Source: a bacterium (GTDB lineage: Bacteria; RBG-13-61-14; DATKZS01). Taken from it: 64,000 nucleotides of DNA. The DNA is taken from positions 544,001 to 608,000 of the forward strand of contig CAXXFL010000006.1 in assembly GCA_963674965.2 (NCBI GenBank), in the 5' to 3' direction. This document shows positions 30,509 to 39,620 of the stretch, one piece after another. A model generated the notes under the pieces. It was not told where the DNA came from. It saw only the letters and a list, made by a program, of their open reading frames with translations, and searched no databases. The stretch's first letter is position 1. The number at the start of each line of letters is the position of its first letter. The translations under genes and the position numbers were made by a program.

Positions 30509-30931
30509 ATGATGGTGGCCGTATTCGTGGCCACCATCGAACTGGCCTGTACCCTTTTCAAAGAGTTGATGAAGCCGCCCCTGTTGCTGCTTAACATCAG
30601 CGAGATGCTGGAGGTCTTCGGCTTCTTTCTTATGGTCCTAATTGGCCTCGAGCTGTTCGAGACCATCAGGTCCTATCCCAGGGAGAAGCGTATCCACGCG
30701 GAGGTGGTAATTCTTGTGGCCATCGTGGCGGTCTCCAGAAAGGTTATTATAATCGAGTACAAGGAAACTACTCCGGGGATGCTCTATGGAATCTCCGCCA
30801 TCATTATCGCTCTTGGCATTGCCTATTTCCTCATAAGGAAAGCACTCGACTTTAAAGTCGCGGACGCGACGGGACCTTCCTCGCGCCCCGAGGGAAAAAA
30901 ACAAGAAGGCGGCCGGGAAAATAACAAATAA
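30509..30931 (+). CDS. Phosphate-starvation-inducible PsiE-family membrane protein (true start uncertain)
   Basis: EVFGFFLMVLIGLELFETI...HAEVVILVAIVAVSRKVII. Confidence 0.78.
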   Translation: MMVAVFVATIELACTLFKELMKPPLLLLNISEMLEVFGFFLMVLIGLELFETIRSYPREKRIHAEVVILVAIVAVSRKVIIIEYKETTPGMLYGISAIIIALGIAYFLIRKALDFKVADATGPSSRPEGKKQEGGRENNK

Positions 30932-31188
30932 ATCCTTGCCGGCGGCGGGGCGGCCTATTGATATCAAGGCTTTTGGCGGGGTTGTTAACCTTCATTAACC
31001 TATCCATTATTACCATGCCTCGTGACAAAGAACTTCAACGGACTCAGTTTGTACTTGCCAATTGAGCCGGCCATGACGCTTGGGCTTTCGTATAGTAAAA
31101 GAAGACATGGCGAGATGAAACATATTTTTTCCGACCTTTTCCTTATTTCCCCTTGCGGACGCTGCAATCATTATTGGATAGCGCTCTT

Positions 31189-32175
31189 TCACGCCGCGGG
31201 ACCGACCCCGATATTCTCCCGGTAATAGGGCGACTGCCGGAGCATGTACCAGCGAGCGACGGGGCTAAACAACGCGGCCAGGTGGCGGGCGAGGCCAAGT
31301 TCCTTTTTAACGGCGCTCAGGTAGTCGTCATAAGTATGGTTCTGGTACCTCAGCAGTTCCTGGCTTTCCTCGGTGTCATACCAGTCAAAGTAGCGGTGCT
31401 CATCGGTAAAGGCCTCCGCCGGCATTTCTCCCAGTCCCAACTCTTTCATGCTTTTGCCTATCATTTCCCCATAGGTCATCTGGCAGCGCGTACCGCCGGC
31501 GACGATCAGCCGCTTTCCCGCAGCCTCTTTGCTACCGGCCGCGTTGGCGCAGGCGGTCCCCACGTCCCGTGTGTGGGTGAACTCGATGCGGTTGTCCAAA
31601 GGCACGTCGAACATCTCCGGAGTCATGCGTACGCCCAGGGCGGGAATGGCCGAGAAACGCAGGATCACCCACTCGAGACCGGAGCCCGTCACCAGTTCCT
31701 CGCATTTCATTTTATGGTCCGTGTAATGGTCGCTCACGGTGACCGGATCGTCCACCTTGACGGGAGGTTCCCGGTCGTGGGTGAACCCGTAAAGGGAGAC
31801 GCTGGAGGCAAAGACCAATCGGGGAGGCGCGTCCATCTTTTTCGCGGCCTCGACCACGTTTCGGGTCCCGCCCACGTTGATCTCCTCGGCCCATTCCGGG
31901 TGGTCCTCACTGGACCTGCCCGAGCGGCTGATGGCGGAGGGAATGATAAAGGCAAGATGGATGACCGCGTCTCGCCCTTCCATCGCCTTCTCAACGTCCT
32001 CCACCTTTCGAACGTCTCCCCAGCGGACCTCGGCCTGATTCCCGTATGAGGCTGCGACCTTTTCATTGAGAGGGCTTCTCACGTCGAGGCACCTCACGTC
32101 GTGTCCCCTCCCGACCAACTCCTCGATGGTGGACCCGCCCACGTTTCCAAAAGCTCCCGTCAACAGTATTTTCAA
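31189..32175 (-). CDS. NAD-dependent epimerase/dehydratase (extended SDR)
   Basis: LLTGAFGNVG, VIHLA, NVGGT, VFASS, YTDHK (YxxxK); TTG start after AAGGAGAGGGG. Confidence 0.9.
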   Translation of the reverse strand: MKILLTGAFGNVGGSTIEELVGRGHDVRCLDVRSPLNEKVAASYGNQAEVRWGDVRKVEDVEKAMEGRDAVIHLAFIIPSAISRSGRSSEDHPEWAEEINVGGTRNVVEAAKKMDAPPRLVFASSVSLYGFTHDREPPVKVDDPVTVSDHYTDHKMKCEELVTGSGLEWVILRFSAIPALGVRMTPEMFDVPLDNRIEFTHTRDVGTACANAAGSKEAAGKRLIVAGGTRCQMTYGEMIGKSMKELGLGEMPAEAFTDEHRYFDWYDTEESQELLRYQNHTYDDYLSAVKKELGLARHLAALFSPVARWYMLRQSPYYRENIGVGPAA

Positions 32176-32409
32176 ACCCCTCTCCTTATGCCGCGCATCA
32201 TTCGCTCCAAAGGTAATTTAATAAAGATCGGCCCAAGGTTCAAGACCGACCCGCGCGTCACAAACAAAGAAGCACGAGGACCGTATACTTCTATCAATTC
32301 AAGCATCATGAGTTATTCTCGCGAGCACCAACGCTGAATGGCGGCTTTGGTTTGCCCCGGATAAAAGCATACAGTATTATTTCATTTGAAAATTTCAGGA
32401 GCCGCAATA

Positions 32410-33849
32410 ATGAAACGTTCTTTGTATCCGTGCATATGCGTTCTTATGGCGTTAACTTGCGCTTTTTCCGCGCTCGGCGCCGACTTGACTTTATCCACCT
32501 CGGGCTCCCGGTTCGTTGACGCTTACGGCCGGGAGGTCATCCTGCGCGGCGCCAACGCGGGCATGAGGAGCAAGATGCCCCCGTTTTTGCCCTTCGATCC
32601 CGAGCCGGACTTCGAGACGGCGCTCGAGGCCTACGTGGACGCCTTTGAAGAGATGGGATTCAACGTCGTCCGCCTTCTTATTATCTGGGAGGCCGCCGAG
32701 CCTGAGCGTGGGCGCTACGATGAGGAATACCTTTCCAGGTACGACCGCATGGTCGAGGAATTCACCTCCCGAGGCGTCCGGGTCATCGTTGACGGACACC
32801 AGGACATAGTAAGCCGCCGCTTCTGCGGTGACGGCTTCCCCGACTGGGCCCTGGCCAGGCGCTAACGCGACAACCGGCAACGCGCCGACTGCGGCTTATG
32901 GGAGGCTCGCAACTTCCAGCCCGGCGTTTACGGATCGTGGGACCGCTTCTGGGAAAACAAGGACGGCATCCAGGACGCCTACGTCGAGATGTTCAGCGCG
33001 CTGGCCGCCCGTTACAAGAACAACCCTGGAGTCATCGGCTTCGAGCCGATAAACGAGCCCATGCCCGGCTTAAAAGGGAGCTTATCCTACGGGTCATGGA
33101 ACGAGAAACGGCTGTACGTCCTGTATGAGAAAGTCGGCCGGGCCGTTCATTCGGTTGACGAACGTTTCCTCATATTCGCCGATAGTTGCGCCCTGGAGAA
33201 CCTCGGCTCCTGGAGCGAAAAAAGGCGAAGGCCCGAGGTGGGCAACCTGGTGTTCGCCCCTCATTACTATGACGTGGGTTATTTCAAGATCGAGCTGACC
33301 ACCGGCCGGGACCGAGCGCTTATGAAGAACGGCCTTACCAGGCGCCTGGCCCTGGGCCGGCAATGGGAGGTCCCTATACTGGTGGGCGAGTTTGGAATCG
33401 AGATGGAGCGAGAAGACGCGCCCGAGTACATCCACGATCTATACTCGGTGTTCGACGAAATGAAACTGTCGGGGACCATATGGGAGGCCTCCATGAGCGA
33501 CGCCCTGTGGAACGGCCGGGTGAAAAACGTCATGTACGCCGACGGGTCCATCCGGCCCAACGCCATGGCCGTCAACCGCCCCTACCCTCGAGCCGTAACG
33601 GGAATGATTAGAGAATTCGGTTATGACCCTGGTGATAAAAGCTTTCACCTGGAGTATAAGGAAGACCCGAAAGCGGAAGTGGCGACGGAAATCTATCTGC
33701 CGCGGGCCGTATATGGAAACGATCCTTTGGTCTCGGTTTCGGGCGCTGAAGACGGCCACGATTTCAATCCCGCGAAAAGGACTCTGACCGTGTACCGAGC
33801 TAAAAGGGCCGGAGTAATAAATATCAGGGTAACGCCGTCAAAGCCCTAA
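32410..33849 (+). pseudogene. GH5 endoglycoceramidase-like glycoside hydrolase interrupted by an in-frame TAA at 32863-32865
   Basis: The two track ORFs are in the same frame. FVDAYGREVILRGAN...GFNVVRLLIIWEAAEP...DGHQD...GDGFPDW precedes the stop; GFEPINEP, FAPHYY, VGEFG, RPYPRAV follow it. Confidence 0.8.
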
Positions 33850-33861
33850 AACATTACCGCT

Positions 33862-35073
33862 CTATAGAGACTCCACCGCCAGCGTGGCCGGTGGTCCCGC
33901 CACGCCGAATCCGTTGACCGCCTTGATTGTGATTTTATTCTCTCCGCGATGAATATTCCATCTATAGTCAATAACGGCGCCATATTCGGCGGTTATATAT
34001 ATCCCGACCCCCTTTTGCGTTTCCCTTGCCATGGAAATGAAGGGGTTGGTGATTTTTTGATCGAGGCCCCCGTCTATCCTGACGATAAGATGATCCATGT
34101 CGTCCATGTTGGTCCTGATACGGCATGAGAGCTCGTGAGGGTCTCTTGTTTTTACCACGGTCACATGGACCTGGTTGAGAGGAAAGTTGAACTCAAGCGG
34201 GTCTTCGGTTACATACCCGTAAGGTCCTTGTGTGCCGTCCGTGAATTCATCCTTCCAGGCGAGATAGCTCATTTCACGCTCCATGAAATAGCCGGGACGA
34301 GACATGTAATCGTTCCTTAAATCGACGGCTATCCCCATGAAGGAGGACAAGGAATATTGCGAGCATACTTCAGGGTTGTTGTTAGGGCCGGCCGGTACTT
34401 TGCGGATCGATGCATCCATACCCCTCGAGACAAGGTCATGGATTTCAAGGCCGCTGAGGGGAATACCCCCCGACTCGAAATAATTGGCGCAGTCGGGGTC
34501 CATCGCGACCCAGCGGTTATATTGGTTGGACCATACCTCGACCATGAAATGCCCGCTCTTTGGCCCCACAATTTCAAGGTATCTTGCCTTCCAACCGAGA
34601 GCCAGGCAGGCCTGCGCGAAAACCACAGCGTACTGACCGCAGTATCCTCCCGTCTTGCCCGTCCTTATCATCTCGAGGATAACGTTGGCGTTCCAGGGCG
34701 GATAGGGCCTGGCCATGCCGTGGACCCATTGGCGATTGGTCCAGGCGAGCAGTAACAGCGTCTTCTCGAATTCGGAGTTCCCCGCCGAGACTACCGATTC
34801 CAGGTTTTCCCCGGCGCGGAGAGCGGCCAGTTCCGGATGGCCGGGACCGTCCGCTCGGTATTGCAAGGATCGTTGCAGGATAAGGCCGTTCCTTTCCGCC
34901 TTCATCCTCACGCCGGGGGGCAGGTCGTGGTCCGCCTTGGATCTCTCCGCCATGGTAAGAAAAGCTTTTTTCTCCGGGGGAGCCGGGCCCTTTTTCGGGC
35001 CGAGAAGATATCCTCCGCCAAAGGCCAACGCCAGAAGCGCAAGGAGAATCGGATATTTGAACCAGTCCTTCAT
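33862..35073 (-). CDS. Membrane-anchored transglutaminase-like domain protein
   Basis: N-terminal TM helix; triad motifs GGYCGQYA, GHFMVEVWS, WVAMDP. Confidence 0.75.
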   Translation of the reverse strand: MKDWFKYPILLALLALAFGGGYLLGPKKGPAPPEKKAFLTMAERSKADHDLPPGVRMKAERNGLILQRSLQYRADGPGHPELAALRAGENLESVVSAGNSEFEKTLLLLAWTNRQWVHGMARPYPPWNANVILEMIRTGKTGGYCGQYAVVFAQACLALGWKARYLEIVGPKSGHFMVEVWSNQYNRWVAMDPDCANYFESGGIPLSGLEIHDLVSRGMDASIRKVPAGPNNNPEVCSQYSLSSFMGIAVDLRNDYMSRPGYFMEREMSYLAWKDEFTDGTQGPYGYVTEDPLEFNFPLNQVHVTVVKTRDPHELSCRIRTNMDDMDHLIVRIDGGLDQKITNPFISMARETQKGVGIYITAEYGAVIDYRWNIHRGENKITIKAVNGFGVAGPPATLAVESL

Positions 35074-35163
35074 GGATTGGGCGCTTTCCCCTATTAATCT
35101 TCCCGCGCGGTCTTCTCGGCCGTCTCCGGCCAAAAGATAGTATATCTCCGACCCGCGCCGGCT

Positions 35164-36576
35164 TTACGGATTGATCCTGATCGACGGGTAAATGCCCTTA
35201 TTCTCACCAGCCCTGTAAGGCTGGATCGTGTTAAATGAAATGTCCTGGTCGTCCTGGGCGTGTCCCCGGTTTTCCCCGTCCTTGTAGAGCGCCCCGTTAA
35301 GAAGCAGTATTTTCCTTATCCTCTTATGGAAGTCATTTATAAAGACCGACCCCATCCCGGTGAAGTTCATGTTGCCGATGGTCAGGTCCTCCCTCGCTTC
35401 CTCCAGGTCGTCGAGGGAAATGGCATGGTCCTTGACGTCCGCCGCCCGGCCTATGTAGCCCCAGACCAGGTGGTTATTGGGAATCTCGATCTTCTCTTCC
35501 GAGTCTATAATTGTGTGCGGCATAACGATGCAATGGTCCCCGATCTTGATTTTGCGGTCCGTCCGGCCGTTAAGAAAACAGTTGAATCCCACCATGGTCT
35601 CGAAGCCGACCTCGGAGTTGATGATCTTGCCGCCGTGTGCCGTGATGGTGTTGCCCACCAGCCTCGAGTTGATTATGTAAGAGTTCTCCTGCGCGTTCGA
35701 GCCGTCGCCCATCTCCGCGTTCTCTAAAAATGACCGCTGCGCGATCAGCACGTTCTCGCCAATGGAGGTGTCTCCGATCACCACCGAGTACCTGTTTACG
35801 GCCGAGGTGTCGGGCGCCTCGATCGGGTCCAGGTCGATGACCTTGAAGAGCTTCTCGAAATTCTTTTCCCTCTGGGTCACGAAGTCGTAGATCATGCCGC
35901 GGGGCTGGTGAGCGTCGTTGACCCCGATGTATTTGTCCAGAACGCTTTTCTCGAAGTTGTATTTGAAATTGTAATGTTTGCCCCTGGCCCAAATGGTGCC
36001 CGGCTGTATTCTTCTGTGGAAAAGCTCTCCAGCCTGCACGTACGAGAATTCTCCCACCACGCAGGAATGCAGGTTCATAAGGTCGACCGTCGAGAAGGCC
36101 CCGAGAAAGCAACCCTCCATGGTCGAGCCGTGAATGTTGGCGTAGTGGGCGGAAATGGTGTTCCGGATAAGAAACTCCTCGGGCGACTCCGGGTTGTGGG
36201 AGTTGCTGTGCACGAGCGTTTTATAAAGAAGGCTGTCCCTGATGGTGATCATCTCGTCCGCCACCAGGGGGATCTTCTTGGACTGGTCAAGGACGTCTCC
36301 TTTCCTCTTCAACTCGTCGCCCCGGATGTCGCTCTTATAGATCGCAGAGTTGCCGACGTAGCATTTGCCCAGGAAGTAACTGCCCGCCATGTTCGAATAC
36401 CTGAAATGGAAATATATGGGGTGCTGTGAGGTTATCCCATAGAAGGCGTAAAACTTCATCATCTTCTCATAGTCCATGGAATTGGCCACGTACTTGTCCG
36501 TTTGGAAATCGAACTCCTCCAGGTTGATGTTCACCCTGTTGACGATCCGGTCCAGAAGTTGCTTAATCGCTTGCAT
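35164..36576 (-). CDS. Left-handed beta-helix (hexapeptide repeat) transferase / gamma-carbonic-anhydrase-like protein
   Basis: Isoleucine-patch repeats (VIGDTSIGENVLIAQ, IKIGDHCIVMPHTII) in two blocks; 470 aa. Confidence 0.7.
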   Translation of the reverse strand: MQAIKQLLDRIVNRVNINLEEFDFQTDKYVANSMDYEKMMKFYAFYGITSQHPIYFHFRYSNMAGSYFLGKCYVGNSAIYKSDIRGDELKRKGDVLDQSKKIPLVADEMITIRDSLLYKTLVHSNSHNPESPEEFLIRNTISAHYANIHGSTMEGCFLGAFSTVDLMNLHSCVVGEFSYVQAGELFHRRIQPGTIWARGKHYNFKYNFEKSVLDKYIGVNDAHQPRGMIYDFVTQREKNFEKLFKVIDLDPIEAPDTSAVNRYSVVIGDTSIGENVLIAQRSFLENAEMGDGSNAQENSYIINSRLVGNTITAHGGKIINSEVGFETMVGFNCFLNGRTDRKIKIGDHCIVMPHTIIDSEEKIEIPNNHLVWGYIGRAADVKDHAISLDDLEEAREDLTIGNMNFTGMGSVFINDFHKRIRKILLLNGALYKDGENRGHAQDDQDISFNTIQPYRAGENKGIYPSIRINP

Positions 36577-36765
36577 GTATTACTCCCCCTCCAATGAAAA
36601 GATAGATATTATTCAAACGCTTATTTTAACATGGCAAATAGTTTTTCTCCACGGCACGGCGCAATTCATGCCCGAGAGCATGATATGCCGCAAAGGCGCC
36701 GGGACCGTCAGGAACGCGATAGAAAAGGGTTAGTACAAGGCGGTGGGCGAGGTAGTCGGGACGGA

Positions 36766-37425
36766 TCAGGAAAGATCGAGACTGAAACATCCCGAGTTTC
36801 TTTCCACTCGACCTTGCCGAAACTCCACGGGCTCGTCGAATATGGGGCCGTCGTAAACGAAGGTGTGGTATTCACCCTCCTCCCCGCAAAGATCGACCCC
36901 CAGCGCCGCGAATTCATCCAATACGTCGTAATCCAGGGCCCTGCCAAGGAAGTCCTTCCCAAGCCTTTCGGCGCGGACCGTGACGATTATGGCCTTGAAT
37001 CCAAGGGCCAGAAACTCGTGAATCAATTCCTCGCGGCCCTTGCCCCAAAGGGGAAGAAATGGCTCGAGGCCGGCGGCGGAGCAGACTTTTTCCTCCCACT
37101 CGCGGTTCGGCGCGACGTCGATGTCCCCGAAGACGCCCGCTTTTACTCCCCTAGCCGAAAGGTCGCGCATGGAGGCCACGAACTCCCGCTCGTAATTTTC
37201 CCACGAGGCCCGGCCGAAAAGAATGGGCGCGCCCATGGCCTTGGCCTGACGCTCGAGCAGAAAAGGCGCCAGGCCATGCGAGCGTGACCTCTGGCCTGTC
37301 TCGTCGAGCATGTTGAAAAGGGTCTTGATCTCGAGGCCCGAGCGGCGAGCCTTGTACAGGGCCAGGGCCGAGTCCTTGCCCCCGCTCCAGGAAACTACCG
37401 AGGGCTTACTGGAATTTATCTTCAT
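36766..37425 (-). CDS. Diphthine-ammonia ligase-like / MJ0570-family ATP pyrophosphatase
   Basis: PP-loop SWSGGKDS, VFGDI, PLW, DLCGEEGEYHTFVYDGPIF. Confidence 0.9.
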   Translation of the reverse strand: MKINSSKPSVVSWSGGKDSALALYKARRSGLEIKTLFNMLDETGQRSRSHGLAPFLLERQAKAMGAPILFGRASWENYEREFVASMRDLSARGVKAGVFGDIDVAPNREWEEKVCSAAGLEPFLPLWGKGREELIHEFLALGFKAIIVTVRAERLGKDFLGRALDYDVLDEFAALGVDLCGEEGEYHTFVYDGPIFDEPVEFRQGRVERNSGCFSLDLS

Positions 37426-37539
37426 AACCGGATTGTATCACGACGCCATCGATTTTTCATCGCCGCATGGCTTGGATGGCCCTCGGTTCAATTGCGGGCG
37501 GCTCGGGGCTATAATAACCGTCAAGCTCGGGAACGGGAC

Positions 37540-38940
37540 ATGAATAAATCGCGGCAAAAAGATCGGCGGCTAAACATTGGAAAGGGACGTCTTGGGCTCG
37601 CGTGGGCCTTCTTGGCCATGCTAATCGCGTCGTCCATAATGGTGGAATCCTGCAAAGGCCCCAAAACAAAGCCTCAAGAGATGAACTTCTTATGGATCGT
37701 TATAGACGACCTCAAGGCGTCCCATCTGGGAGCGGCCGGCTACGCTCGGGAGATAACTCCCAACCTGGACGCCCTGGCCAGGACCGGCGTCCGATTCGAG
37801 CGGTGCGTGACCCAGGCGCCATGGAGTCTGCCCAGTTACGCCTCCATGCTCACCTCGAGGTATCCTTACGAGTTGGTGATGGGAAAACCCTACAAGATGC
37901 ACGTCATGGCCGAGACCGAGGTGGCCAGGTCAAGGGACCCCTTCAGAATGCCGGATAAAAACCTCCACTGGTACGCGGCCGCGCCGGAAAACGTTACAAC
38001 CATAGCTCAAATACTTGAACGAAGAGGGATCGCAACCGCGGCCTGGATAAACAACCCCTGGCTGTCGCCGAACGCCTACGGACTCGAGAGAGGCTTCGAC
38101 CACTATTTCGACGGGACCGAGGGCGATGGCCCCTATGCCCCGGCCGACGTTACCGCCGACCTGGCCATGGAATGGATCGAGCAAAACAAGGATGGAAGAT
38201 GGTTCGCCTTCGTGCAGTTCATGGACCCTCACAAGCCCCACCTCGAACATGAGGGGATCGACCACGGTGAAAGGATCATCGACCGCTACGACGCGGAAAT
38301 TCAATTCACCGACGGGCAAATAGGCCGGCTCATGGAGGGGGTCGAGCGGCTGGGCCTTTTTGATAAAACCATTATCGTCGTGGGTTCCGACCACGGGGAG
38401 GGGGTGTTCGAGAACGACAAGGACTTCGTGGGACACGGAGGAGGGGTCATCCCCGAGATAGTCCGCGTTCCTCTCATCATCAAATGGCCGGGTGGGCCGA
38501 ATGGAAAAGTCGTGAGCGGGCTGTGCCGCAACCTCGATATCATGCCGACCGCGCTCGAGCTGATGGGAATAGAAGACGGCCCTTCTCTTCGCGGGGTCTC
38601 GCTGCTGGGCATGATCGGGGGTGATGGGGAAGCGGTCGACGTCGCCTATACGTCTTCCGTGCTTAAAGGACCTGAAAGGGTATCGGCCATCGTGAGGGAC
38701 GGGCCGGGCGGCGACTTCTATCAGGGAGTGGCCACACCCGCTTATAAAGACCTTCGCTTCTATCCGCTGGAGAAAAAAGGCGACCGCCAGATCCCGCCGA
38801 GCGTACAGAAGCGCCTGGCCATCTTATTGGATTCATTCGTAAGGGAAGCGGCCAGATCGGCCGAGGCCTCGGAGGAGGAGTCCCCCCGGCTTTCGGAAAA
38901 AACAAAGGCGAGCCTTAAAAGTCTTGGTTATCTGCAATGA
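37540..38940 (+). CDS. Exported sulfatase-like hydrolase (alkaline phosphatase superfamily)
   Basis: NFLWIVIDDL, APWSLPSYASMLTSRYP, MDPHKPH, YDAEI, SDHGE, DIMPT, C-terminal LKSLGYL. Confidence 0.85.
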   Translation: MNKSRQKDRRLNIGKGRLGLAWAFLAMLIASSIMVESCKGPKTKPQEMNFLWIVIDDLKASHLGAAGYAREITPNLDALARTGVRFERCVTQAPWSLPSYASMLTSRYPYELVMGKPYKMHVMAETEVARSRDPFRMPDKNLHWYAAAPENVTTIAQILERRGIATAAWINNPWLSPNAYGLERGFDHYFDGTEGDGPYAPADVTADLAMEWIEQNKDGRWFAFVQFMDPHKPHLEHEGIDHGERIIDRYDAEIQFTDGQIGRLMEGVERLGLFDKTIIVVGSDHGEGVFENDKDFVGHGGGVIPEIVRVPLIIKWPGGPNGKVVSGLCRNLDIMPTALELMGIEDGPSLRGVSLLGMIGGDGEAVDVAYTSSVLKGPERVSAIVRDGPGGDFYQGVATPAYKDLRFYPLEKKGDRQIPPSVQKRLAILLDSFVREAARSAEASEEESPRLSEKTKASLKSLGYLQ

Positions 38941-38957
38941 AGCAAAATCCGGGTTTA

Positions 38958-39509
38958 TTATTCCCAGTTCAACTCGATTACGGTCGAGTCGTCCCCCTCC
39001 CATGACCTGGATATTATCGAGCCCCTGACCTTCTTTCCGCCCGACAGCTCGACAATGCGCTCGAAAAAACCCATGGTCTGGTAAACGCTGGCCTCCTCGC
39101 CCTCCCGCGTCATGTCGAAGTATACCTCGAAGCGGGCCCGGTTCGTGCGCGTCGAGACGACGTTGATGGCGTCGAAGTCGAACAGGCTGTGTCTGAGCAC
39201 CTGGAAACGCATGAGGGACTCGACCGGGTTACCCTCCTCGATGACGTCCTTGTAAGCGTGAATGAGGTCGTCCATTTGGAAGCGACCCCAGTGGCGGACG
39301 GCCTCGAGGTCGGACTTGCCAATGACCTTGAAAGCCGCCAGGCCCATGCGCTCGAACACGTCGAGGGGATACCAGGAGTCGGGGTTGATCTTCTCATCGA
39401 GATATGTCATGTCGGTGGGAGAGAGGTGCTCGCTCCAGTCTATGTCCTTGCCGCTCTTTAGCATGCGGACCGGATCGATGAACAAGCTGCCCTTTACGTT
39501 CCTGGCCAA
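38958..39509 (-). CDS. Conserved hypothetical protein (DUF2378/V4R-like)
   Basis: Likely TTG start after GGAGGGG: MARNVKGSLF...DSWYPLDVFER...GFFERIVELSGG...IELNWE. Confidence 0.6.
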   Translation of the reverse strand: MARNVKGSLFIDPVRMLKSGKDIDWSEHLSPTDMTYLDEKINPDSWYPLDVFERMGLAAFKVIGKSDLEAVRHWGRFQMDDLIHAYKDVIEEGNPVESLMRFQVLRHSLFDFDAINVVSTRTNRARFEVYFDMTREGEEASVYQTMGFFERIVELSGGKKVRGSIISRSWEGDDSTVIELNWE

Positions 39510-39572
39510 ATGATTTCCCCTCCCCCGGCCCGCGAGCGCGAGCCGCCCGGTCATGTCTGCCATTTATTTAAA

Positions 39573-39598
39573 GGACGGGGCCGTCGTCGACCCCGTCC
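39573..39598 (-). terminator. Probable intrinsic terminator after the giant lipoprotein gene
   Basis: 8-bp GGACGGGG/CCCCGTCC stem followed on the minus strand by TTTAAAT. Confidence 0.5.
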
Positions 39599-39620
39599 AA
39601 TAGTTTGAAGCCTAAAGCGG

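Noticed and set aside
32863-32865. Stop-codon recoding in the GH5 gene
   Set aside because: The stop is TAA, not TGA or TAG; it is not at a catalytic site, and TAA ends many normal genes here.
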